A stretch of DNA of 64,000 bases from Mobula hypostoma (lineage: Eukaryota), in contig NC_086108.1 of NCBI RefSeq assembly GCF_963921235.1, positions 69,628,001 to 69,692,000 of the forward strand. The letters are read 5' to 3'. The stretch's first letter is position 1. Every line of letters starts with the position of its first letter. A model generated the notes under the pieces. It saw only the letters and a list, made by a program, of their open reading frames with translations. It was not told the DNA's origin and did not search any database. Shown here piece by piece: positions 1-13,164 of the stretch. The translations under genes and the position numbers were made by a program.

Positions 1-787
1 TGATGGGCTCACTTTGCGGTTAAACTATAACTGTGACGACAAAAGGAGGGCACTTGGTCCTTCAAGCCACTGTCAACTCTTTAAAAACTCATTTAACCCC
101 ATGGATCAGATTGAAAGTTCTAATGCAGTGGATTAAATACATCAATTTGAATTTTGAACTCTTCCACAATAATGAGAGAGAAGTTAGAGAATTTTGAAAC
201 TGGTTACTATCAGAATTTAGGAACTCATTTGGAACCAAAGTCACTTGCAGATTTGAAATTTTGATCAACACTAAAAAGAAAGAAAATGGAGAGCTGAAAC
301 AACAGCTGTAAAGCTGTTCAATTACTTACACATTGTGCATTTCCTTAAACCCTACATAACCACTTCGAAATCCGGCAGAAACTGACAAACAGCTTGAGAG
401 CTAGACAGCAAGCAAACAGTTCACAACCTGATACAGTATGTGAAAACAAGTGGCAGCAGAGGTTTGTAGCTTAATTGGTAGATGCACAGAATATTTCATT
501 TATTCCAGAGAAATACTAAACACTCAGAAAGCCTAAGAAATATGTCAGTGCTGGTTACAAACACATGTCTTCTTGAGGGTTTTTAAAAAAACATTCTGGC
601 TCATGTTAAAACAATATTATCACAACTGGTTTATAACTGCGTTTGCCAAATTAAATTGCTTTAAGTTATGTCTAGGTTCCGTTACAGCCCTGGAGTCCAT
701 GGATAGTTGGGAATTTTTTCCAACTAGCACCTCATCATCAATTCTAAAATATTCTTGATTATATAAATTGTATAAATCTACTCAATT

Positions 788-1117
788 AACATAGAACACG
801 GAACAGTACAGCATTGTACAGGCCCTCCAGTTTACAATCCTGTGCTAATCTTTTAACCTATTCCAAATTCAACCCTTCTCTCCTACATAATGCATAACCC
901 TCCAATATTTCTTTCATCCCTCTGCCTAAAAATCTCTTAATTATCTCCAGTGTATCAGCTTTGACTACCAGCCTCAGTAGTGCTCCCAGGCACTTACCAC
1001 TGTGTAAAAATCCTACTACATACATCTGACCTTTCTCCAGTCACGCGATACAGATGCCCTCTGGTATCAGCTATTGCTATCCTGGGAAAAAAAGGCGCTG
1101 GTCATCCACTATATCCA
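788..1117 (-). mobile_element. CR1 LINE 3' fragment
   Basis: Reverse complement of a CR1 3' end (aacatagaac...acagtacagca...ggccc), similar to the copies at 3860 and 41535. Confidence 0.7.
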
Positions 1118-1641
1118 CATTCAGTGGCCACTTTAACTAGGTACAGGAGTAGAACCTGGTGTGATTTTCTACTGCTGTAGACTGTCCACTTCGAGGTTTG
1201 ACGTGTTATGAGTTCAGAGATGCTCTTCTGCACACCACTGCTATTACACATAGTTACTTGAGTTACTGTCACCTTTCTGTCAGCTTGAACCAGCCTGGTC
1301 ATTCCTTCTGACCTTTCTCATTAACAAAGCGCTTTTGCCCACAGAACTGCTGCTCATTAGATGTTTTTTTTTAATTTTCACACCATTCTCTGTAAACTCT
1401 AAAGACTGTTGTACATGAAAATCCCAGATCAGCGGTTTCTGAAAGACTCAACCGCCCTGTCATTCCACAGTCAAAGTCACTTAGGTCACATTTCTTCCCC
1501 ATTCTAATATTTGTTCTGACCAGCAACTGAACCTCTTGACCATGTCCACATGCTTTTATGCATTGAGTTGCTGCCACGTGATTGGCTGATTAGATATTTG
1601 CATTAATGAGCTGGTGTACCGAATAGGGTGGCCACTGAGTA
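1118..1641 (-). mobile_element. Internally deleted Tc1-family DNA transposon
   Basis: TIRs cattcagtggccactttaactaggtac and gtaccgaatagggtggccactgagt. Transposase N-terminal remnants MGKKCDLSDFDCGM and RLVQADRKVTVTQ. Confidence 0.85.
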
Positions 1642-1711
1642 TGTTTTTCAATTCAACCCTATTCTCCTGCCTTCTCCACATAATCTTTGATGCAAGATCT
1701 TTACATCACTA

Positions 1712-2000
1712 GCTGTAGAATTGGGTTTCAATCTCTGCTGCTATCTGTAAGCAGTTTGCACATTCTCCCGCATCAACTTCTCCTGGGTGCTCCAGTTTCT
1801 GCCCACGTTCCGAAGACATATAGAATGAGTTAGGGTTAGTCAGTTATGGACATACGATGTATGTTGACGTCGAAAGCATGGCAACACTTGTGGGCTGCCC
1901 CAGAACAATCCCTAGACTGTGTTGGTTGTTGATGCAAACGATGCATTTCACTGTTTGCTTCAATGTACATTTGACACATAAAGCTAATCTAATCTAATCT
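1712..2000 (+). mobile_element. V-SINE (HE1/MER6-like)
   Basis: V-domain-like text gtttgcacattctccc...ctcctgggtgctccagtttctgcccac, with an (aatct)n tail. Confidence 0.7.
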
Positions 2001-2400
2001 AATCTTACTAATAACCTATCAATCTCCTCTTTAAATATACCCAATGACTTGGCCTCCAGAGCTGTTTGTGACAGTGTATTCCACAGATTCATCACCCTAT
2101 GGCTAAAGAAATTCCTCCTGATTTCTGTTCTGAAGAGATATCCTTCTATTCTGAGGCTGTGCCCACTGGTTCTAGACTCTCCCACCACTGGAAATATCTC
2201 CTCAACATCCACTCTATCTAAGATATTCAATATTCAGTAGATTTCAGTAAGATCTCCCCTCAATCTTCTAAACTTCAGCAAGTATAGGCTCAGAGCCAAA
2301 CTAACCTCGCACATTAACCCTTTTATTCCCAGGATCATTCTCGTAAATTTCCTCTGGACCCTCTCCAATGCCAGCACATCCTTACTTAGATATGGGGTAA
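2001..2400 (-). mobile_element. CR1 LINE 3' fragment
   Basis: ORF remnants LERVQRKFTRMI and RNFFSHRVMNLWN, typical of the CR1 ORF2 C-terminus. Confidence 0.9.
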
Positions 2401-3349
2401 CTGCAAGCTTATGAATTCCCATGAAAAATGTGCACTGCTTCTTTTTCTTATATTTTTAAGAGTACAAAAGGGTGACTGGAAAATGACAGCTAAAATGAGA
2501 AATGAAGCAACACAATGGCCCACTCCAGAAACACGAGCCATGTTTCAGACAGACATTGCATTGAGGTACTGAGGGAGATGTAAAACTGTCAGATGTGCCA
2601 CCTTTCAAAGTCTCCACTTAAATAGGTGAAGGGAGAAGATCCAATTACAGGGTCCCGTCTAAAATTTCCCTGGAAGCAACACCTTAAAAGGCTCACTTGG
2701 TCATTTGTAATATTGGTGTTTATGGAAGCTTGCTGTGCACCAAACAGCTGCAACATCTCTTATGTTCAAACAGTAAACACACTTCAAAAGAACTACATTA
2801 ACTATAGAGCATATTGTGATGACCTGAAGGTACAATGCACAATATAAAGGTGACTTCTTCCCCCAATGGAGACCAGTCTCTGTATAGGTTACACTGTTAA
2901 AGGGGAAAGTGATGGCAAAGAAGAGATTGGACTTTGGAAAGTATGGAGCAATCTCAAATATTACACATTTATGAAATATAAGCAGTTTCCAATTTCAAAG
3001 CTCTGCTTTCTAACAGAATATTTCAGCCTGATCTACTTGGATGTAAATTCCATTCAAGTTTTCCAGATTTTCATAACACAACAGCTCTGTTTCTAAAGGC
3101 TTGAGAGTAAAACTTCTTCACATGACACCAATAAAAGAGATTGTGGGATTAACTAAAGTTTAAAATATTATGAAAAACAAACACTTGGTGGAAATAATTA
3201 ACTAGGTCAAAGTAAATTTCTCTGTTCAAATAGTGTCTTCTTTCACAGTTGCTGCAAAGGAGGATGCATCAGAGATCTTCATAATTCCTGAAATGGATCA
3301 AAGGTGTCTTTAAGTCACTGGACATCTGCATTCAGCACATTGCACAGAT

Positions 3350-3420
3350 ACAGACATAATGTAAAGATTTTTACTCATGTATGTGAAGAATGTAAGAAAT
3401 AAAGTCAATTCAATTCATTT
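3350..3420 (+). mobile_element. Rex1-type LINE 3' tail only
   Basis: gtaaagatttttactc...aaataaagtcaattcaattca matches the 3' ends at ~36105-36165 and ~60497-60557. Confidence 0.7.
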
Positions 3421-3859
3421 CAGTGATGAATGAGAAGTATTTCATCGCTGATCTGAAAGAAACATACCCACAAAGATTGGGACACAGAATTCCTTCTCTC
3501 CACATTTGTGGCATCCAGCAACATCGTGGCTATCAAGCAGACATAACATCAAGGATTCCCAGACAGCAAACAAGCAAGCAAGGAGCACCCACTTTATTTA
3601 GCTAAACATCTTACAGAAAGTGGTTAATATTAGGACATATGCATGAGGATAAAAATAGAAGGCAAGCATTTTTTATATAAAAGTTGTGAATCATGGAATT
3701 ATTAGGTGTTACCAGAAGAAATTAAGTTACATTTATCCAAAGACCAACACTGTTTTAGACTTGACGTCTTGTTCTAATCTGAAAAAGCTGTATACCACCA
3801 CCATGTGGAAGAACAGAGCATCACCAAGAGTATCATCTAAATTTCTGTTTTGAACTGCA

Positions 3860-4802
3860 CATAGAAACGTAGAAAACTTGCAACACAATATAGGCCCTTG
3901 GCCCACAAAGCTGTGCCGAACATGTCCCTACCTGGGAAATTACCTAGGCTTACCCATAGCCCTCTATTTTTCTGAGCTCCATGTACCTATCCAGGAGTCT
4001 TGTAGAAGACCCTTTCGTACCCGCCTCCACCACCGTAGCCAGCAGCCCATTCCACACACTCACCACTCTCTGCGTAAAAAAAAACTTACCCCTGACATCT
4101 CCTCCGTACCTGCTTCCAAGCCTTAAAATTGTGCCCTCTCGTGTGAGCCATTTCAGCCCTCGGAAATGCCTCTGACTATCCACACGATCAATGCCTCTCA
4201 TCACCTTATACACCTCTATCAGGTCACCTCTGAACCTTTGTCGCTCCAAGGAAAAAAGGCCAAGTTCACTCAACCTATTCTCATAAGGCATGCTCCCTAA
4301 CCCAGGCAACATCCACCTCCTCTGCACCTTTTCTATGGTTTCCACATCCTTCCTGTAGTGAGGTGACCAGAATTGAGCACAGTACTCCAAATTGGGTCTG
4401 ACCAGTATCCTATATAGCTGCAATATTACCTCTCTGCTCCTAAACTCAATCCCACAATTGATGAAGGCCAATGTACCTTATGCTTTCTTAACCATAGAGT
4501 CAACCTGCACAGCAGCTTTGAGTGTCCTATGGACTTGGACCCCAAGATCCCTCTGATCCTCCACACCGCCAAGAGTCTTATCATTAATACCATATTCTGC
4601 CATCATATTTGACCTACCAAAATGAACCACCTCACACTTATCTGGGTTGAACTCCACCTGCCACTTCTCAGCCCAGTTTTGCATTCTATCAAAGTCCCGC
4701 TGTAACCTCTGACAGCCTTCCACACTATCCACAACACCTCCAACTTTTGTGTCATCAGCAAATTTACTAACCCATCCCTCCACTTCTTCATCCAGGTCGT
4801 TT
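3860..4802 (-). mobile_element. CR1 LINE, 5'-truncated, relatively young
   Basis: [12 protein letters not shown] motif (4478-4837 frame) and [15 protein letters not shown] / FFTQRVVSVWN (3950-4471). Confidence 0.95.
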
Positions 4803-6494
4803 GTTCTGATTGGTGGGCCGAATGATGGTGTCATCACCCCCTGGCAGTCCAGCCACTTTGGATTTTATAATGAGATGGTGGTGGGATGAAGAATCAGCTG
4901 ATTTAGCTGAAGGACACATTTGGGCTGAAATCCCTGGATATTTGGTGGCGGGGGGGGGGTCACTATGTTCACGAGGTCCATGATGTACATCACACAGACA
5001 GGCACTCTAACTGGACCAGGTTCAACCAGTGCATCGTCAATTGGCTCACTAAACACCTTCCATGACGCAGAGGGAGGGGAGGGTTTGGGAGCTGCACTTC
5101 CAGAGCACCTTGCAGACCAAACACAACTGCACAACCAACTGTGACACCAACTCCTCCCCCACCCCCACAAGTGGACAGATAGAGGAGGGAGGAGAATGAG
5201 ACTAGGGGGATGGAGCTATAATCGAGAAGACAGTTATGGTTTCATTTAATTATAGAGACAATGGCCCCACAGTGACCTCTGTGAAAGAGGTGGATGGCTC
5301 CTGGATTTGTGACAGGTGGGAGGGACGAGGGACGGGGGGGGGAGGTGTGGGGAAAAATGACGTGGTGAGTAGGGGGGCGGGGGGGAACAGTGAAATCCAA
5401 GCACAAGGTCCTACTCTAGAGGATGAATTGACAGCATTCACCTAAATTTACTTATTTCATTACTGGCAAATAATTCTAAACTCATTTCTAAATTCTATAA
5501 TTCCCTTTTCACTTCTGGGTGCACACATGGGAGACTCTTGTCTCCCTGGCACAAGGAGGGGGCAGGGAGCCTGATCCGATGCCAGGAAGTTCTCGCAATC
5601 CAACATCTAAAATTATCTTGGGTCCTCCGACTGATGTTGGAGTCACCCTCTGATCATCAGAGCTCCTCTGATCATCAGAGCTTCTCTGATCTTCTCACCA
5701 GGGGCTCATTGCAAACACACCTCCGCTGCCTCCCAGATGGGTTAACCTCCCTCAAAGAGCTGTGGCCAGCCCAGTTTCTGTGGGCCGCATCGGCTGACTG
5801 CATTCCTCCCCTCCGGAATCCCTCTCCATCACTCCCATATCGGACCAGTTGCACTTGGGTTGTTCTTGCTCCGAGCTGCCTCCCATTTTGTACCACAGTG
5901 TTCCATAATTCTGGTGACAATTTTGTGCTTTTGAAGGGAAGGAAAGATTTTCTAAATCTAAAGCTTTTAAAATCATATCTAGAATAATAATTTTGAAGGA
6001 ATGGATGCTTGCAAAGATTAAATAATTAAGATTTTTTGCCTTTTATACATAAAAATAGTATTAATGCAGGGGAAAAAATGTGTGTTGATGATGACCAACC
6101 ATGATATGCTGCTTAACCAGTGTCAAATTGGAGACATTATCAAAATCCATCTTTCAGTCTCTTAGGTAAAAATAAAATTCTCAATAAGATAACTAACTCT
6201 TCTGAAGTGACCCTGAAAATGATACAAGAATATTCCAGTGAAGAATGCAAAGATCAGCATAAAACAAGGACATGTAAATAACAAAAATGACTGGTTTGTA
6301 CAACCATGATGTTACTAATAAATCCATATATGTAACCCTCATCTCTTACAAACAAATTCTATGCAGCATCATCTCACTTTTTAAAAAAAACTGTATTTAC
6401 ATTAAATTTCAAACTAACCAATTTGGTGACCTCTACTATAGTTCACTTCAGTTGCCCACTGTGAACAGCTCATTAGAACCCAAGAAGATAAAAA

Positions 6495-7500
6495 AAATTC
6501 AAATTCAAAGTACATTTATTATCAAAGAATGTATAAATTATACAACCATGAAATTTGTTTGCTTACAGGCAGTCACAAAGCAAGGAACCCGAAAGAACCC
6601 AATTAAAAAAACACAACCTCCAAAGCATAGAGAAAGAGAAAAAGAACAAATCATGCAAACAATAGCAGCAAGCAAAAACAGCATTCCGAACCAAGCTGAA
6701 TCCTCAGATCCAAATCCCCGGAGCAGTCCAAAGTAGGCCCAAAGCTTCAGTATTCAGTTCATCATATTTGTGGGGCATATCACCACAAAGTTCGCAGACA
6801 CGAAGCACAGCAGCCAGGGGCAGTTTCACAACCTTAACACTGCAGAAAGAGAAGACCCCAGTCTATCTGGGCCGGCATTTAAATTGTCCGAACAGCAGAT
6901 CACACCTTGCACTAGGACCCAGGCCCCACCGTGGCTAATCACTCCAGGCCTAGATTTCAGTGCGGAAGAAGCTGTTCCTGACCACTCCAGAGCGGCTTGG
7001 CACCCAGAGCAATTCAACCTCCCTTGACTCTCAGCACCCTGCCCTTCAGGCTACATGGGCCGGTGTTTAGATTGTCCAAATAGCAGATTGTACCTCGCAT
7101 TAGGGGCCGGGCCTCACTCTAACGAATCACTCCAGGGCTAGAACATGCCGCCCAGCGATTCGCGTCGGGCTTCGATTTTACCGCCAAAGAAGCCGTTCTT
7201 GACCTCTCCAAATCAGCTCAGCACTTAAAGTGATTTACCCTAGCATCTGGGCCAGCTGGAGGGGCATCAAAACTCTTTTGTCCCCTCTGAATCGTCCACT
7301 CCAACCAGAATGGCTCCAACAGGGCACATCTCATGAATTTGCTTTGCCTTTGCTCGCCTCTTTATTGCTTACAGTGATAGTCAACCACAATTCAGCTTAA
7401 AAAAAAGTGTTATTGGTAATGTTTTTAAATCGAATTCCTTTGCTTTTGAACTACCAGTAAGCTGCCGCATGTCTTTGGTTGTGCCATCTTAAACCGGAAA
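6495..7500 (-). mobile_element. Non-autonomous, non-coding LINE-derived retroposon (Rex1-type ends)
   Basis: Minus-strand 5' end tttccggtttaagatggc, a 3' tail shared in style with the local Rex1 copies (aataaatgtactttgaatttgaa), and a GC-rich body with an internal duplication. Confidence 0.5.
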
Positions 7501-7879
7501 ATAGGAGCAGAGGAGGTCATTCAACTCCTTACGTCTGTTCTGCCATTCAATATGTTCATGCCTAATCATATTTAGGTCTCCATCTCCTCTTCTATGCAAG
7601 TTCCTAAAGCCCTCAATTCCTTGACCTTTCAAAAATTTATGTATTTTTGAATAACCACAATGATGTAACCTCTACAAACCTCTCTCTTATGAGTACTTGT
7701 CTTACTCATACAACTAATGACTGAGTAATTACAGATTTTCCCACAGACAGGCATATTTCATTGGTGTTAACCATAGATAGGTCTAAATATCCCCCAACCT
7801 GCTTTCCAAATGACCAGATTGCTTAAGGATGTATGTACGAGAATAATTTAAGGAAATCAAACCAGATATTAGTGCCTGC

Positions 7880-8282
7880 ACTTGCTGGAGTTTAGAAGAA
7901 TCGGGAGGAATCTCACTAAAACATACCAAATTTTGAAAGACCCAGATAGAGTGATATGGAGAGGATGTTTCCTATAGTAGGAGAGTCAAGGACCAGAGGG
8001 CACAGCCTCACAATAAAGAGATGTCCATTTAGAAAAGGGATGAGGAAGAATTTCTTTAGCCAGAGAGTGGTGGATCTTTGGAATTCATAGACAGCCACTG
8101 AGGCCAAGTCACTGGGTATATTTAAAACGGAAGTTGATAGGTTCTTGTTGAATAAGGACATTAAAGGTTACTGAGAGAAGGCAGAAGAATGGAATTGAGA
8201 GTGAAAATACATCAGCCTTATGATCAAACGACAGAGCATACTCAATAGGCCAAATGGACTAATTCTGCTTCTATGTCTTATG
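7880..8282 (+). mobile_element. CR1 LINE 3' fragment
   Basis: gagtttagaagaat...aggaagaatttctttagccagagagtggtgga...aattctgcttctatgtcttatg. Confidence 0.85.
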
Positions 8283-8684
8283 CCAACAAGAGGACAGAAC
8301 TACAGTAAAAGTTTTCCTGGAGTAAACTTGAACCGAAACTCAAGCATACATAAATGGAAAAATCAGCAGGAGAAAATATTCAGCAGTTGGAACCTGACCA
8401 ACAAGATGGAAATCAGCAACAAAAGTGACATGCTCAAATGTTACATTGATATCATATGATGTTACATAATTTATTGTTTTACTTAAGTTTTAAGGACATA
8501 TTATTGCAAAGCACCATTCAATAACCCCAACTTTTGATTCAACATATTGAATTAGACCGACCTTTTTGAACAGTGCCTCTTTGCTGATTTATTCTGAAGC
8601 AAATATGTATTATTTTACATGTAATTAGAAACATATATCAAGTCACAGTGCCATTTTCCTACAGTCAGCTTATATTCCTCTAAG

Positions 8685-10690
8685 CCCTACCCTGCATATA
8701 CTTATTCAAGTGCTTCTGAAATGAAACTATTGAATCTTCCTCAACCAGTTCCACTGGCAGCTTGCTCCATATAATCACCACTTTCTGAATGAAAAAGTTG
8801 CCCCTCAATTCCCTTCGTTTCAAATCTTTCATCTCTCACTCTAAATCTATGCCTCTAGTTTTGGAGTACCCCACCCTGGGGAAAGCCTATTACCATATCC
8901 ACCTTATTGATGCTCCTCGGATTTTATAAACCCCTGTAAGATCAGCCCCACACTCGCCTGTGCTCCAAGGAATAACGACCTAGCCTGGCCCCACTCTCCT
9001 GGGCCCTCTATTCATAGCTACATCCTTATAAATCTTTTCTACATTCTTTCCAGTTTAAAGCACATTCTTCCTAAAACAGGGTGACCAAAACTGAGGTGCA
9101 GCTTCACCAAGTATTTATGTAACTGCAACATAACGTCCCAACTCCTATACTCAATGCCCTGACTGATGAAGGCCAGCATGTTACAGACCTATTTCACTAC
9201 CCTGTCTACCTGGGATACTGCTTTCAATGAATCATGCATTTATAATCTGAGGTTACTCTGCTCCATTACGCTCCCTAGTGCCCTACTATTCATAGTACAA
9301 GTCCTACACTTGTTTGACTTTCCAAAATGCATCATCCACCATGTATCTGTTCTGAAATTCATTTGCTACTCCCCAACCAATAAAGATTCACTTGCAACCT
9401 ATGATAACCTTCTTCACTATCCTCTTTGCTGATTTATTCTGAAGCACATGTGTATCATTTTATATGTTATTAGAAACATACATCAAGTCACTATACCTTT
9501 ACCCAACTTTGTGTCAACTGCAAACTTACAGATCAAGCCTTGTGTATTCATATTTAAATCATTTATAAAAATAAGAAATAATAAGGGTCCCTACAGCACT
9601 TCACAGGTCACTGGCCTCCATTCCGAGAAACAACCTTCAACCACTACCCTCTGCTTCCTACCTCCAAGCCAATTTTGAATCCATCTAACTGATCAACTTG
9701 GATTCTATGGGACCTAACCTTCCAAACCAGCCTATCACGCGGGACTGTTAAAAGCCTTGCTGAAGCCCAAATGGACAATATCCATTGCCCTACCCTCATC
9801 TACTCTTTTTGGTTACCTCCACAAAAAAAGTCTAAAAGATTCCTCGTGCATGGTGATCCACACACAAAGCCATATTAATTATTTCTCATCAGAAACTGTC
9901 CATCCAAATGCTGGTAAATCCTGTCCCTCAGAACTCCTCCAGCATCTTCTCTATACCAACATCAGGCTATCAGGTCTGCAGTTCCCGACCTTGTCCTTGC
10001 TACTGTTCTTAAAAAGTGGAGCAACATTGGCCATTCTTTCCATTCTTCAGGAACTTCAGCAAGCTAATGATGAAGCAAATATCTTAACAAGAGACTCAGC
10101 AAGTTCTTTTCGAGCCTCCCAAAGTCCATGGAGCAATCAATCAAGCCCTGGGGGATTATTCACCTTAATGAGCTGCAAGGCTGCAAATACCTCCTCCCTG
10201 GTAATCTCCATTGGATATCCTTCGGAACATCTCCATTAGTTCCCTCATCCTGTGAGCAACCATGATTTTCTCTTCAGTAAATACAAAACAGAAATATTCA
10301 GTTCAAATCCCCCCCAGCTCAAGATCTGTGTGGCCCAGCTGATCTCCAATGGGACCATAAGTGTCCCAATTCACCCTTTTACTCTCAACATAGCTATAAA
10401 ATTTAGAAATTTCCTTAACCTTCTGCCAGATTAATCTCAAAAATTCTCTTTGCCTTCTTGATTTCTTTAACAGTAGTCTTATTTTACTTTTGTAGTCAAC
10501 AAGAGGTACATTCATCCATGAACTTCTAAACTGCATATATGCTTCTTTCGCTTTCCAGAAAAGACCAGAGCATCAATATCTCCCATCACCCAAGGTTCCT
10601 AAACTTGCCAGGCTTACCCTTCACCCTAACAGAAACATGCTGCTACTGGACTCTTAATATCACATTCTTAATAAGTCTCCCATTTACTAT
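8685..10690 (-). mobile_element. Old degraded CR1 LINE (RT region to 3' end)
   Basis: Remnants such as FYSYVESKRV and an FA(V)DTK-type RT motif near 9505-9525; many stops and frameshifts. Confidence 0.8.
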
Positions 10691-10704
10691 TCATTTCGTA
10701 AGTG

Positions 10705-11660
10705 CTATCGTCCAGTAGCACTTACATCCACAGTATTGAAGTGCTTTAAGAAGTTGGTGGTGAAACACATCAACTCCTGCCTAAGAAGCAACTTGGATTT
10801 GCTCAATTTGTCTGCCAGCACAAGCCATTTCATTCGCTCTTCACTCATCCCGGGAACATCTGGCTAGCAAAGAAGCATGCAGCAGGATGCTCTTTGTCGA
10901 CAAAAGCTCAGCATTCAATGCCATCATCCCCTGAAAACTATTCCATAAGCTTCAAGATCTTTGCCTCAGTACCTCCTTGTGCAACACTTCTATTCCCTTA
11001 AGAGTTTGTGAAAATTCGGCATGACATCTAAAACTTTAACTTCTATAAATGCACAGTGGAGAGTTTATTGACCAGTTGCAATATGATCTGGTAAAGAAAC
11101 ACTAATGCCATTAAACAAAAAATCCTGTAAAAAGTAGTGGATACAGCTCAGTCCACCACAGATAAAGCCCTCCCCATCATTGAGCACATCTACAGAGCAC
11201 TGTGGCAGGAAAGCAGGTCCATCATCAAGGACCCCCACCACCCATACCATGCTCTCTTCTTGCTGCTGCCATCAGGTGGTGATACGGGAGCCTCAGAACC
11301 ATCACCACCAGGATCAGGAACAGTTACTACCCTTCAACTATCAGGCTCTTAAACCAGAAGGATAACTTCACTCGCCCCATCAATTAACTGTTCCCACAAC
11401 CCTCCTACTTTCACTTTCTAAGAATCTCCATCTCATGTTCTTGATATTTATTTATTTTATTATTATATTTTTGTTTGTTATGTATTTGCAGTTTGTCGTC
11501 TATTGCACACTGCTTGTTTGTTTGTACTGTTGGGTATGGACTTTCATTGACTCTGTTGGGTTTCTTAGATTTACTGTGTTTGCTCACAAGAAAACTAATC
11601 TTAGCATTGTACATAGTAAATTATATGTACTTTGATAATAAATTTACTTTGAAATTTGAA
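10705..11660 (+). mobile_element. Rex1/Babar LINE fragment with internal deletion
   Basis: KCFKKLV-type motif, ctcagcattcaatgccatc (SAFN), SIIKDPHHP, and tail aataaatttactttgaaatttgaa. Confidence 0.85.
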
Positions 11661-11729
11661 CCTCGTTAATTCATTTTCCTTCAAGCATGCTCACTCAATT
11701 CACCTCTGTGAGATGCTGCCAAATTCAAG

Positions 11730-13140
11730 ATTCCAGATACCAGATTGTTTAATCTCATTTTCAGTGCACAAGCATAGAAGGGAACAAAATAATTGTTACT
11801 CAGATCTAAACCAGCTCAAAAAAACTCAATAAGATAAAGAGCACAATAAATAATTTAAAAAACACAATAAATATAAATACATAAGATAGCTTATCTACAT
11901 ACATAGGTTGATTGTATGTCCATAAAGTGACACTAGGCAGAGGAGCGTCTGTACATAAGGTGACTGGCAGGAAATGTTAAAGAAGTGGATATTGGGGATG
12001 TGGAGGGGTGGATTAGTGGGTTGAAGTGTTGATCAGCCTTATGGTCTGGGGAAAGTAACTGTTTTTGAGTCTCGTGGTCCTGATGGATGATACACAGCCT
12101 TCTCCCTGAAGGGAGCGGCACAAACAGTGTATGAGCAGGGTGGGTGGGATTCTTCATGATGTTACTGGCTCTCTTCCACCACTTTTCTGTATACACATCC
12201 TTGATGGCGGGTAACACACACAAAATGCTGGAGGAACTCAGCATGCCAGGTAGCATCTATGGAAAAAAGTACAATCGATGTTTCAGGCTGAGACCTTTCG
12301 GCAGGACTTTATTATCAAAGTTACCACATAAAATCTTGAGATTTGTTTTCCTGATGGTGGGTAGGCTGATACCGGTGGTGTGTTGGGCAGTTTTGACTTC
12401 CCGTTGCAAAGCATTCCTGTCTACCATGGCGCAGTTTCCGTAACATGCAGTGATGCAACTTGTTAGGAGGTTTTCTACTGTGCATCTGTAGAATGATATG
12501 AGTATAGATGCACATGGCCCAGCTCTCTGAGCATCCTCAGAAAGCAGGAGGGAGCTTTGGTGAGCTTTCCTGATTGTGTAGAATGTTTTCAGGGACAATA
12601 AGAGATTATGCGAGACGTGCACTTGCAGGAGTTTATAACTAGTCACAGTTCCACCTCTGTGTCGCTGATGTAGAGGTGTGAGTGCTGCAAGTTCTCCTGA
12701 AGCTGATAACCATCTCCTTCATCATAACATTGAGGAAGAGGTTACTTGCGCACACCAGGTCTGAAGCTCCTCCATCTCCTCTCTGTATTCCGTTTCATTG
12801 CTGTTGGCGATGAGCTCCACCACTGTCATGTCATCACTGAACTTGACAACGTGAGTACTCAGGTGTTTGGCCGTGCAGTCAGGTGTGAGCTGAGTGTACA
12901 GCAATCGGCTCCGCGCAGAGCCCTGGGGGGGGAGGGGGGGCACACATGTTGAGGATGATGGAGAGGGAGGAGAGGCAGTGCATCCTGACTATCTGAGACC
13001 CGTAGGTAGGAAGTCCAACATCCAGTTGCACAGTGGTGTACTTAGACCGAGGAGTACGAGTTTGCTTAGCAAGGTCTATGGGATAATGGCATTGAATGCT
13101 GAACTGAAATCCAGAAACAGCATTCTGACAGAAGTGTCAC
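11730..13140 (-). mobile_element. Rex1/Babar LINE fragment interrupted by a Penelope-derived insert
   Basis: KFSDDMTVVELI (RT) and HTLFVPLPSGRRL (C-terminus). Confidence 0.85.
12214..12308 (-). mobile_element. Penelope-like pLTR fragment with mutated hammerhead core
   Basis: cacacacaaaatgctggaggaactcagc...gtttcaggctgagacctttcggcaggact. Confidence 0.8.
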
Positions 13141-13164
13141 AGTGTGCACAGATGTATATTTAAA

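Noticed and set aside
9757..10239. 160-aa plus-strand ORF and similar ORFs (15569-16045, 27309-27982)
   Set aside because: Antisense shadows of CR1 or Rex1 RT sequence.
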